Below, one piece after another: positions 36,322-43,717 of a DNA stretch of 44,451 bases; position 1 is the first letter of the stretch; each line of letters begins with the position of its first letter. The DNA is taken from contig CAZREL010000001.1 of assembly GCA_964599385.1 (NCBI GenBank), positions 1 through 44,451 on the forward strand. Direction: 5' to 3'. The DNA is from an uncultured Gammaproteobacteria bacterium (GTDB lineage Bacteria; Patescibacteriota; Patescibacteriia; Patescibacteriales; UBA12465). The notes below the pieces were generated by a model, which saw nothing but the letters and a program-made list of their open reading frames with translations, did not search any database and was not told the DNA's origin. The position numbers and the translations under genes were made by a program.

Positions 36322-36891
36322 ATGAAAACAATGAGATTTTTAGCAATTGCAACAGTTATCATGGTGTTCGCTTGCAGTACGGCTTTCGCAGGTGGAAACA
36401 AAAAGACCGTAGTCGTTCCCGCAACCGAGTTTGTTGTCATAGACTCGATTGACGTTGAATACAACGGCCAGTCCGAGTTCTCGTTCGATCAATTTCGTAA
36501 GGAAAACAAATTTATGTTTTCTCCATGGGACAGGAAAATAAACGATGAAAATTTCAGCACAAGCATTCAGCCCGGTCAGAAAGTAACCGTTTATATCGCT
36601 GAAGAAAAAAACGGCAAGATTTTTACAACAACCGAGGCGGAAACCTACATTGCCAACCAGAATGCAGAAACACCAAGCATCGCTTGGTTGATGCTCGCCC
36701 AGGCTCAGTATGGGTCAAGGGTTTGGCAACAAGCCAACACAGTCTGTTTCTCCAACCAAACCGTTGCTCATAAAAGCGGATCACAATTGATTCCCTTTAT
36801 GACCAAGGATGGTGGTGTCGCTTTATTTGCCAGGGAATATCCTTGCAACAACGGCGACGTGGTCGACCAATTTGCCTTCATTAAGAAGTAG
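36322..36891 (+). CDS. Putative lipoprotein/secreted protein of unknown function (189 aa)
   Basis: Signal peptide with a lipobox-like VFAC (MKTMRFLAIATVIMVFACSTAFA). Confidence 0.5.
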   Translation: MKTMRFLAIATVIMVFACSTAFAGGNKKTVVVPATEFVVIDSIDVEYNGQSEFSFDQFRKENKFMFSPWDRKINDENFSTSIQPGQKVTVYIAEEKNGKIFTTTEAETYIANQNAETPSIAWLMLAQAQYGSRVWQQANTVCFSNQTVAHKSGSQLIPFMTKDGGVALFAREYPCNNGDVVDQFAFIKK

Positions 36892-36913
36892 TCAAAAAGG
36901 TCAAATAAAAAAC

Positions 36914-36946
36914 AAGCCCAGTTTCACAAGAAGCTGGGCTTTTTTC
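36914..36946 (+). terminator. Rho-independent terminator
   Basis: AAGCCCAGTTTC-acaa-GAAGCTGGGCTT followed by TTTTT. Confidence 0.65.
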
Positions 36947-36989
36947 TTTAAGTCAATGTGTTATATAATGAAAGGGAACTAAAATTTAT

Positions 36990-38159
36990 ATGAAAATATT
37001 AATCGTTATCACTAAATCGGAAATTGGCGGTGCCCAGGTTTTTGCCCTCAATTTGGCTAAAGGTTTAAAAGAGGCGGGCGAGGAAGTTGTTGTGGCCGGC
37101 GGGCCGGGAGAATATTTGCCGGAAGAACTTGAAAAAAATGAAATCAGTTTCCATCGCTTCAAAAATCTTAAGCGCGGTTTTAATCCTTTAAAGAATTTGA
37201 CTTTTTTGTCCGAGTTAAAAAGCTTTGTCCGTGAAGGGAATTTTGATGTCGTCCATCTAAACAGCACGAATGCTCTTCTTGGTCTTTGGGCCTTAAGCGA
37301 TTTAAAAAAAGATAAGCCGAATTTAAAAATTGTTTTTACCGTTCACGGCTTGTCGCTTGTTGATGGCAACCATCAAGCGTCAATGCCGCTTAAAAAAGCT
37401 TTTAGTATTTTCTTTAAGACTGCTTTTAAAAAACTTGATCGCATTATTTTTGTCAGTCAGCTTAATTTAAATTATGCCAAGAGTATCGGTTTGTTAAGCG
37501 ACAAAGCCTTTTTGAAAGCGGAATTGATTTATAACGGACTTTATTTCCCGGAAGATTATTTTTTTTCGCGCCAAGAAGCGCGCGAATTTTTAGCCGGCAA
37601 GGCGGTGCCTTTTTGTTATGAACCGGAAGCTTTATCTAAAGTTTTTCTTTATGGATCAATCGGCCGCTTGGCCTATCCCAAGAATTACGAGTTTTTAATT
37701 GCCGCTCATAAAGAAATTAAAAAATCATTGCCACAAGCTAAGCTGCTTTTAATCGGTGAAGGGCCGGAGAGGCATAAATATGAAGCCATGATAGAAACCT
37801 ATGGCGTGAAAGATAGCGTTTGTCTTTTTGGTGAATTAAAAGACGCTTCGAGATATTTGCGCGCTTTTGATCTTTTTGTTTTGCCGTCAATTTTTGAGGG
37901 GACATCTTTAAGTTTAATTGAAGCCAAGCGCGCCGGTGTGTCGATTCTGGCTTCTTTAGTTGGCGGTAACGAGGAAGTTGTCGGTTCGGGAAATTGTTTT
38001 GCCTTAAATGATAGTGCCGATTTTGTCGCCCGTGTTTTGTCTTTAGCCAAGAAGAAGTCGGAAAGCGGCGAGGAGGAAAATATTGGGACGGCGCCAGTTG
38101 ATTCGCGTTTTGAAGCCGGGGAAATGGTTGCTAAGTATTTGGAGATTTATAGGGGTTAA
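36990..38159 (+). CDS. Glycosyltransferase family 4
   Basis: MKILIVITKSEIGGAQVF N-terminus and the EX7E region PSIFEGTSLSLIEAKRAGVSILASLVGG. Confidence 0.85.
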   Translation: MKILIVITKSEIGGAQVFALNLAKGLKEAGEEVVVAGGPGEYLPEELEKNEISFHRFKNLKRGFNPLKNLTFLSELKSFVREGNFDVVHLNSTNALLGLWALSDLKKDKPNLKIVFTVHGLSLVDGNHQASMPLKKAFSIFFKTAFKKLDRIIFVSQLNLNYAKSIGLLSDKAFLKAELIYNGLYFPEDYFFSRQEAREFLAGKAVPFCYEPEALSKVFLYGSIGRLAYPKNYEFLIAAHKEIKKSLPQAKLLLIGEGPERHKYEAMIETYGVKDSVCLFGELKDASRYLRAFDLFVLPSIFEGTSLSLIEAKRAGVSILASLVGGNEEVVGSGNCFALNDSADFVARVLSLAKKKSESGEEENIGTAPVDSRFEAGEMVAKYLEIYRG

Positions 38160-38195
38160 GTGTTTTGACTTACGGGCGGGTGTTATGTTCTGAGA

Positions 38196-38236
38196 CCGTT
38201 TTTGATGTATACACATTGTGTATACACAAAAAACGG
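38196..38236. repeat. 41-nt imperfect palindrome
   Basis: CCGTTTTTGATGTATACAC-ATT-GTGTATACACAAAAAACGG. The arms are 19 nt with 2 internal mismatches. The core GTATACAC/GTGTATAC pairing is perfect. Confidence 0.9.
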
Positions 38237-38319
38237 AGTGGGAAAGTATGCTTCGCCCATGTTACTCATAAACTCTAAAGGAAATCTTTAACTTTTATTG
38301 AACACTGTTATGCTATTAT

Positions 38320-38345
38320 AAAATCGGAGTGAAATCCGGTTTTTT
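38320..38345 (+). terminator. Weak hairpin plus T-run, possible 3' end of the GT4 transcript
   Basis: AAAATCGGA-gtgaaa-TCCGGTTTT (one G-U pair) running into TTTTTT. Confidence 0.35.
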
Positions 38346-38357
38346 GCTTATCATAGC

Positions 38358-38386
38358 TTGACTAATTACTTAATTATTGTTATAAT
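38358..38386 (+). promoter_or_regulatory. Consensus-like promoter upstream of the XRE-Fic pair
   Basis: TTGACT (38358-38363), a 17-nt spacer ending in TGT, then TATAAT (38381-38386). The region is so AT-rich that chance matches are likely. Confidence 0.4.
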
Positions 38387-38464
38387 ATTTTTATATTAAT
38401 TTATTTTATTAATTTAAGATAAAATTATACTAATATTAATAATAAAATAGTAAATAATCTATAA

Positions 38465-38492
38465 ATATTTTAAACTTATAAGTTTAAAATAT
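38465..38492. promoter_or_regulatory. 28-bp perfect palindrome (candidate operator 1)
   Basis: atatTTTAAACttataaGTTTAAAatat is exactly self-complementary. Confidence 0.6.
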
Positions 38493-38501
38493 ATTATATA
38501 A

Positions 38502-38521
38502 TTTAAACATATATGTTTAAA
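38502..38521. promoter_or_regulatory. 20-bp perfect palindrome (candidate operator 2) covering the start codon
   Basis: TTTAAACatatatGTTTAAA has the same half-sites and the same 6-nt spacer as operator 1. The ATG at 38513 lies inside it. Confidence 0.6.
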
Positions 38522-38977
38522 AATAATGTAAAAAATACACATCTTGAACAGCTTAATGATAAGCTTGTGAGATTTAGTAAAATAAATAAGACAACTCAAA
38601 ATAAGTTATGGATTAAATCTTCTAGGCTGGCTCTCGGCATGTCCGCCAGACAACTGGGTGAAAGACTTGGTATTAGCGCTCAAGCTGTGATTAATATGGA
38701 AAAAAGAGAACGAGATGGTTCTATAAATATTTCTACTCTTAAGTCAGCCGCTTTTGCAATGGGGCTTGATTTTGTCTATGGTTTTGCTAAGCGGGAGCTT
38801 GATTTAATGGAAATCATAAATAACGCTGCTTTAAAAAAGGCTGAAAAAGTTGTTTTAAGAACCGACAGAGATATGTTTTTGGAAAATCAGGCGATATCAA
38901 AAAGACAAATTAGGAGGTCAATAAAAAATAATGCTAAAAAAATAGCCGAAGGTTCGAAAAGAATATTATGGGATTAG
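38513..38977 (+). CDS. XRE-family HTH protein of the 'mobile mystery protein A' type
   Basis: 154 aa. WIKSSRLALGMSARQLGERLGISAQAVINMEKRERDGSINISTLKSAAFAMGLDFVYGF is an XRE HTH with the layout I associate with the TIGRFAMs mob_myst_A family. It overlaps the Fic gene by 10 nt. Confidence 0.75.
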   Translation: MFKNNVKNTHLEQLNDKLVRFSKINKTTQNKLWIKSSRLALGMSARQLGERLGISAQAVINMEKRERDGSINISTLKSAAFAMGLDFVYGFAKRELDLMEIINNAALKKAEKVVLRTDRDMFLENQAISKRQIRRSIKNNAKKIAEGSKRILWD

Positions 38978-39573
38978 AAATTATTTATAAGAATGGACAA
39001 ACGCCGCTCGATCCAGAGGATCTTGAAGGTTTAAAAATAAAGACAATATCAAGCCAGGAAGAATTAAATATTTATGAACAAGCAAATATTGAAAAAGCGC
39101 GCACTTGGCTTTTGTCCAAAAAAAGATTGTTACCAGAAAAAGTTTTAAGTGAAGCTTTCATTTTAACTTTGCATAAGAAAATGCTTGGTGATGTGTGGCG
39201 CTGGGCCGGGTTATTCAGGAATAGAAACACTTCAATAGGGGTTGATAAGAGTATCGTGCCGATGGAAATTAGAAATTTACTTGATGACTGCAAATATTGG
39301 ATTGAAAATAAAACTTTTCCGAATGATGAAATAGTAATTAGATTTAAGCATAGATTGATTAAAATTCACCCTTTTAATAATGGTAATGGCAGGCACTCAA
39401 GACTGATGGCAGACATTTTAATGGAGAAAGTTTTTAATCTCCAGCCGTTTATATGGGGAGACTGTTATCATGATAATAATAGAAGGGATGCGTATTTAAA
39501 GGCTTTGCATTTGGCTGATGTAAATGACTTTTCTTTATTATTTGATTTTTGTAGAAGTAAAAAGAAAAAATAA
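38968..39573 (+). CDS. Fic-domain protein of the 'mobile mystery protein B' type
   Basis: 201 aa. The Fic active-site loop HPFNNGNGRHSR matches HxFx(D/E/N)GNGRxxR. Confidence 0.85.
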   Translation: MGLEIIYKNGQTPLDPEDLEGLKIKTISSQEELNIYEQANIEKARTWLLSKKRLLPEKVLSEAFILTLHKKMLGDVWRWAGLFRNRNTSIGVDKSIVPMEIRNLLDDCKYWIENKTFPNDEIVIRFKHRLIKIHPFNNGNGRHSRLMADILMEKVFNLQPFIWGDCYHDNNRRDAYLKALHLADVNDFSLLFDFCRSKKKK

Positions 39574-39596
39574 ATTTTGCCACCTCCTGACCCTTA

Positions 39597-39625
39597 TTGA
39601 CCCTTTTAACCAAAAAGGCTAAAAT
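39597..39625 (+). promoter_or_regulatory. Candidate promoter of the excisionase-like gene
   Basis: TTGACC (39597-39602), a 17-nt spacer, then TAAAAT (39620-39625). The -35 lies within a direct repeat, TGACCCTTAT-TGACCCTTTT. Confidence 0.45.
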
Positions 39626-39653
39626 GCTCATATAAGCTTTTAAGCTTTAATAT

Positions 39654-39902
39654 ATGAGCCAAGAAATCAAGCCAAACGCCGTCTACACAACCGGGGAAGC
39701 CGAAGTGCTTTTAAAGGTCAGTAATTCGACGATTAAGCGCCTCTTAAAGCGCGGAATTTTAAAGGCGAATAAGGTCGGCAAGCAATACCGTATTCTTGGC
39801 CTTGAGCTCTTGCGCCTGGTTTCGCCTGAGGTTGAAGCTAAAGCCGCTAAGGCCTATATGGGACTTAAAAATAAAGTAATAGACAAGACTAAAGACTGGT
39901 AA
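39654..39902 (+). CDS. Excisionase-family / MerR-like HTH DNA-binding protein (82 aa)
   Basis: YTTGEAEVLLKVSNSTIKRLLKRGILKANKVGKQYRI matches the excisionase-type helix-turn-helix pattern. Confidence 0.7.
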   Translation: MSQEIKPNAVYTTGEAEVLLKVSNSTIKRLLKRGILKANKVGKQYRILGLELLRLVSPEVEAKAAKAYMGLKNKVIDKTKDW

Positions 39903-39927
39903 GCCTTGAAGATGGCTTGCCTTTTTT
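39898..39927 (+). terminator. Rho-independent terminator overlapping the stop codon
   Basis: GGTAAGCC-ttgaagat-GGCTTGCC (8 bp, one G-U) followed by TTTTTT. Confidence 0.55.
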
Positions 39928-39942
39928 GTTTTTAAAAAATAT

Positions 39943-40884
39943 ATGAAACGCATACTTGTTACAGGAGGGGCCGGATTTGTCGGTTCGCATCTCTGCCGCC
40001 GTTTGCTTGAAATGGGCGATGAGGTAATTTGCCTTGATAATCTTCAGACTTGTGGCAAAGAAAATATTTACGATTTGCTTGCTAATCCGAAATTCACTTT
40101 TGTCCTTCATGACGTGACTATTCCTTTTTGGACAAAAGTTGATGAAATATACAATCTTGCTTGTCCCGCTTCACCTATTCATTATCAGTTTAATCCGGTA
40201 AAAACTACCAAGACTTCGGTTATCGGTGCGATTAACATGCTTGAGCTTGCCAAAGACAATAATGCCAAAATCTTGCAGGCTTCAACTTCAGAAGTCTATG
40301 GCGATCCAAGCATTCATCCTCAGCCGGAATCATATTGGGGAAACGTTAACACCATCGGCATCCGTTCTTGCTATGATGAAGGGAAGCGCGTGGCGGAAAC
40401 TCTTTTCTTTGACTATCACAGGCAATTTAAAGTTGATATCAGGGTAATTAGAATTTTTAACACCTATGGTCCGAAGATGGCAGAAAATGACGGACGCGTA
40501 GTTTCCAATTTTATTATTCAAGCTCTTAAAAATGAAGATATAACTATTTTTGGCTCCGGCAATCAAACCAGATCTTTTCAGTTTGTTGATGATTTAATTG
40601 ATGGAATGATCAGAATGATGAATAACGTTGAAGGTTTTGTCGGGCCGGTTAATATCGGTAATCCGGGAGAGTTTACCATGAAAGAGTTAGCTGAAAAGAT
40701 TTTAATGCTTATTCCAGAAAGCTCAAGCAAATTAGTTTTTAAAGATTTGCCGTCTGACGATCCAAAACAGCGCAAGCCGGAAATCGCACTGGCCAAGGAG
40801 AAATTAAATTGGGAGCCAAAAATTGCGCTTGAGGAAGGTTTAAAGAAAACGATTGAATATTTTAGGGAAGTGGTTAAGAAATAA
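39943..40884 (+). CDS. UDP-glucuronate decarboxylase (UDP-xylose synthase), SDR family
   Basis: [43 protein letters not shown] and DGRVVSNFI give near block-by-block similarity to UXS enzymes. Confidence 0.9.
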   Translation: MKRILVTGGAGFVGSHLCRRLLEMGDEVICLDNLQTCGKENIYDLLANPKFTFVLHDVTIPFWTKVDEIYNLACPASPIHYQFNPVKTTKTSVIGAINMLELAKDNNAKILQASTSEVYGDPSIHPQPESYWGNVNTIGIRSCYDEGKRVAETLFFDYHRQFKVDIRVIRIFNTYGPKMAENDGRVVSNFIIQALKNEDITIFGSGNQTRSFQFVDDLIDGMIRMMNNVEGFVGPVNIGNPGEFTMKELAEKILMLIPESSSKLVFKDLPSDDPKQRKPEIALAKEKLNWEPKIALEEGLKKTIEYFREVVKK

Positions 40885-40894
40885 AAAAGATAAG

Positions 40895-42208
40895 ATGATA
40901 GACAAGACGCTTGATAAAATAAACGGATTCGTCCCGCAAAAATGGCAATGGATTTTAAGCCATGAGGGTTTTCGTAAGTATTTTAAGAATACCGGGTGGA
41001 TGTTTGTGGGGCAGATGTTTTCTTTGTTGGTATCTTTTTTTGTTGGTGCATGGCTGGCTAGATATTTAGGTCCAGAGAATTATGGAAGCTTTAATTATGC
41101 CTTAGCTTATGCTGGTCTATTTTCTTTTATAGCATCTCTTGGAATAGACGGTATATTGAGTCGTGATTTAGTAGCAAGGCCAGAAAAAAGAGATGAATTA
41201 TTAGGAACAGGGATTTTATTAAAAGCTATTGGCGGAGCACTTGCTATTATCTTGATTTGTTTTTCATTTTTATTTATTAAGCAAAACGCTTTAATAAAAA
41301 TTTTGATTATTTTATATTCTTTTACTTTTATAACACAGGCATTCAATGTTTTGTCAGTTTTTTTTCAATCACGAGTCAAAGCAAGACAAAACGTTACTGC
41401 TCAGTTAATAGCATTGTTTATTACAACCACACTTAAAGTATTACTCATCATCTTTAATAAAGGTATAATATTTTTAACAATTATATATTTACTAGATTCA
41501 ATATGGATTTCAATTGGCTTGTTTTATGCGTATAAGAAAAGCGAATTGAAAATTAGTCAGTGGAAATTTAATTTTTATTTAGCAAAAGAAATGCTTTCCG
41601 GGTCATGGTTATTAATTTTGTCATCAGCGGCTAGTTTTATTTTGACAAGGATAGATCAAATAATGATAGGTAATTTACTCGATAAAACAAGTGTTGGAAT
41701 TTATTCTGTTGCGATAAGATTGGCGGAGATATGGTATTTTATACCGGGGTTAATTTTAGCGTCGTTATTTCCAGCTATTGTAAATTCTAAACAAAAAAAT
41801 TATTTAGTTTATAGAAAAAGATTAAATTTGTTGTACTTTTTAATGATTTTAATTGCTTTGTTTATTGCAATTCCGATATCATTATTTGCACCAAAAATAA
41901 TAAATATTATATTCGGCTCAGAATATTTAAAGTCAGCAACAATTCTTAGATTTTATATATGGTCTAGTATGGGCTTTTTTATTAGCTGGGTTTATTATTA
42001 CTACTTATTGTCTGAAAATAGGCTTTATAAAATATTTTATTTTTATTCAACTTTAGTGTTTTTAAACATCTTTTTAAATTATTTTTTTATAAAAAACATT
42101 GGAATAATTGGAGCATCATTATCTACTCTAGTTTCTTGTGGGATTGCCCCATTCCTTTTTGTATTATTTGATTTATATAGTAGTAAAAAATATGTTAAGA
42201 ATTCTTAA
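40895..42208 (+). CDS. wzx: Wzx-type polysaccharide flippase (MOP superfamily)
   Basis: About 12 TM helices. N-terminal LARYLGPENYGSFNYALAY is typical of polysaccharide biosynthesis/flippase proteins. I prefer ATG 40895. Confidence 0.75.
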   Translation: MIDKTLDKINGFVPQKWQWILSHEGFRKYFKNTGWMFVGQMFSLLVSFFVGAWLARYLGPENYGSFNYALAYAGLFSFIASLGIDGILSRDLVARPEKRDELLGTGILLKAIGGALAIILICFSFLFIKQNALIKILIILYSFTFITQAFNVLSVFFQSRVKARQNVTAQLIALFITTTLKVLLIIFNKGIIFLTIIYLLDSIWISIGLFYAYKKSELKISQWKFNFYLAKEMLSGSWLLILSSAASFILTRIDQIMIGNLLDKTSVGIYSVAIRLAEIWYFIPGLILASLFPAIVNSKQKNYLVYRKRLNLLYFLMILIALFIAIPISLFAPKIINIIFGSEYLKSATILRFYIWSSMGFFISWVYYYYLLSENRLYKIFYFYSTLVFLNIFLNYFFIKNIGIIGASLSTLVSCGIAPFLFVLFDLYSSKKYVKNS

Positions 42209-42976
42209 AGCAATAAAAAAATATTTATTTAAAGATACAAAATATTTCTTTTTGTATATTTTGAGATATTTTCAACCACGGTATAAACACAATTGTAATT
42301 TTTATAGCACAGATGAGTTGATTGAAAATATAAAAAACGGTAAGTCCCTTATAAGAATTGGTGATGGAGAGATTGGTTTATTGCATTATTTGCCAATTCA
42401 TTATCAAAAATGGAGTCGCGATATTAGAAATGATTTTCTAAAAATAATAAAAAATTACAATGAGAATTCTCCGTATTTGCTAGGAATACCTCTTTTTGTT
42501 AATTATTCTAATACTGAACTTAGAAAAATAAAGAAACTTAATTGTTGGATACCCCTAAAAGTGACTTATGAAAGTATTTTTAATAAGTATTGCAAGTATG
42601 TTGATGCGCATGTTTTTTATAAAAATTTATTTAATGAAAAAAAATATTTGATTTGTTATCTGGCAAAAAAGTTATTTTAGTAACAAATCAAATAAACATA
42701 AATGAAATAAAAAATTCTTCCCTTTGTTCTTATTTTTATGATTTTATATGCTCAACAGATGTTAACTCATATGAATTTAAATTAAATATAGAAAAAGAAA
42801 TTATTAATATAATAGAAAAATCAAATTTATCAAAAAAAGAATTTGTTATTCTGATGGGTGCTGGTTTGTCAAAAACTATAATATATGACATGGCTAATAA
42901 AAGATATCAATTATTAGATATTGGTAGGGGTGCTGAAATTATTTATCAAAATAAAAATTTAAAACATTTAATCTAG
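42192..42976 (+). pseudogene. GT-D fold glycosyltransferase (DUF1792) split by a frameshift at an A8 tract; possibly phase-variable or recoded rather than dead
   Basis: The N-terminal part has the DUF1792 hallmark SLIRIGDGEIGLL. The -1 frame is open from 42638 and continues ...KKIFDLLSGKKVILVTNQ... to the stop at 42976. The combined length of ~260 aa fits the family. Confidence 0.65.
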
Positions 42977-42981
42977 TTATT

Positions 42982-43716
42982 ATGAATTTAAAAAATATAC
43001 AACATCAAATCATTTCAAGGAAGAGTATGGAGAATTATTCCTTTAATAAGGTGCCAATTTTTTGCACAAGCGGTGTTCATGAAAGTATTTTTTCATTGTT
43101 TTTATCAAATAACCCAGAAAAAAAGGCAAAGATACTAGTACTTGGATCTGGTGCGGGAGCTTTTGAAAGAAGGCTTATTGATCATGGTTTTAACAACATA
43201 GTTTCTGTGGAATTTGTTCCAGAAAATTTTCTAGTTAAAGAAATAAAACCACTTTCTATAGATTTAAATAAGAATTTTAATTATTTAGGCAAATTTGATT
43301 TTATATTCGCGATTGAAATAATTGAACATTTAGAAAACCATTTTCACTTTATAAGATCCATTAAAGAATTGATGCTTGAAAACAGTATTTTTTATTTGTC
43401 GACGCCAAATGTTGAGAGTAGTTTTTCTAGATTTAAATATTGTTTTATAGGTAGACTACACTGGTTTGGCGATAAAGAATTATTTGGCACTGGTCATATA
43501 AATCCCGTTTTTTTACATATTTTAAAATTTAATTTATCGCAGAATAATCTTGTTATAATAAAACACATTGCAAATGATAGTATTTGGAATAAATTATTTA
43601 ATTATAAAAATATATTAATAAGATTGTTGTATTTTTTTGTTTTTTTATTAACATTGTTTATAAAAAATAAAAACAATAAAGAAATAAATATATTTGAAAT
43701 ATCCTTGAAAAAATAA
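42982..43716 (+). CDS. Class I SAM-dependent methyltransferase
   Basis: Motif I ILVLGSGAGAFERRL. Acidic post-I VSVE. Motif II/III region FDFIFAIEIIEHL. Confidence 0.75.
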   Translation: MNLKNIQHQIISRKSMENYSFNKVPIFCTSGVHESIFSLFLSNNPEKKAKILVLGSGAGAFERRLIDHGFNNIVSVEFVPENFLVKEIKPLSIDLNKNFNYLGKFDFIFAIEIIEHLENHFHFIRSIKELMLENSIFYLSTPNVESSFSRFKYCFIGRLHWFGDKELFGTGHINPVFLHILKFNLSQNNLVIIKHIANDSIWNKLFNYKNILIRLLYFFVFLLTLFIKNKNNKEINIFEISLKK

Positions 43717-43717
43717 T

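Larger units (their letters stand above)
38160..39942 (+). mobile_element. Possible mobile-element remnant / accessory islet (XRE-Fic pair plus excisionase-like HTH) inserted in the glycan locus
   Basis: Three small genes typical of mobile DNA, with their own promoter-like sites and a terminator and an extremely AT-rich leader. The islet is flanked on both sides by sugar-pathway genes. No integrase and no flanking direct repeats were found. Confidence 0.3.

Noticed and set aside
36208-36946. The two similar terminators (36208-36239 and 36914-36946, both AAAAAACA..AAGCCC.G.TT....A.G.TGGGCTTTTTTCTT) as copies of a REP/MITE-like repeat, or as evidence that the two flanking genes are paralogues.
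   Set aside because: The similarity is confined to about 35 nt of generic terminator sequence. The two proteins show no similarity to each other.
38320-38345. Possible tRNA 3' fragment (T-arm-like CGGA-GTGAAA-TCCG) as an integration-site remnant next to the Fic islet.
   Set aside because: The loop is 6 nt and lacks the TTCRANN consensus. No acceptor stem or CCA context is present. It is better explained as a weak terminator hairpin.
38968-39573. A canonical Fic auto-inhibition or antitoxin helix, [ST]xxxE[GN], in either the Fic or the XRE protein.
   Set aside because: Only near-misses were found (PEDLEG and DMFLEN), so I do not claim a class I/II/III Fic inhibition mechanism.
38160-39942. 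Calling the Fic islet a complete integrative or mobilisable element.
   Set aside because: There is no recombinase gene, and I could find no direct repeats between the left (38160-38200) and right (39903-39942) flanks. I therefore report it only as a possible remnant, at low confidence.
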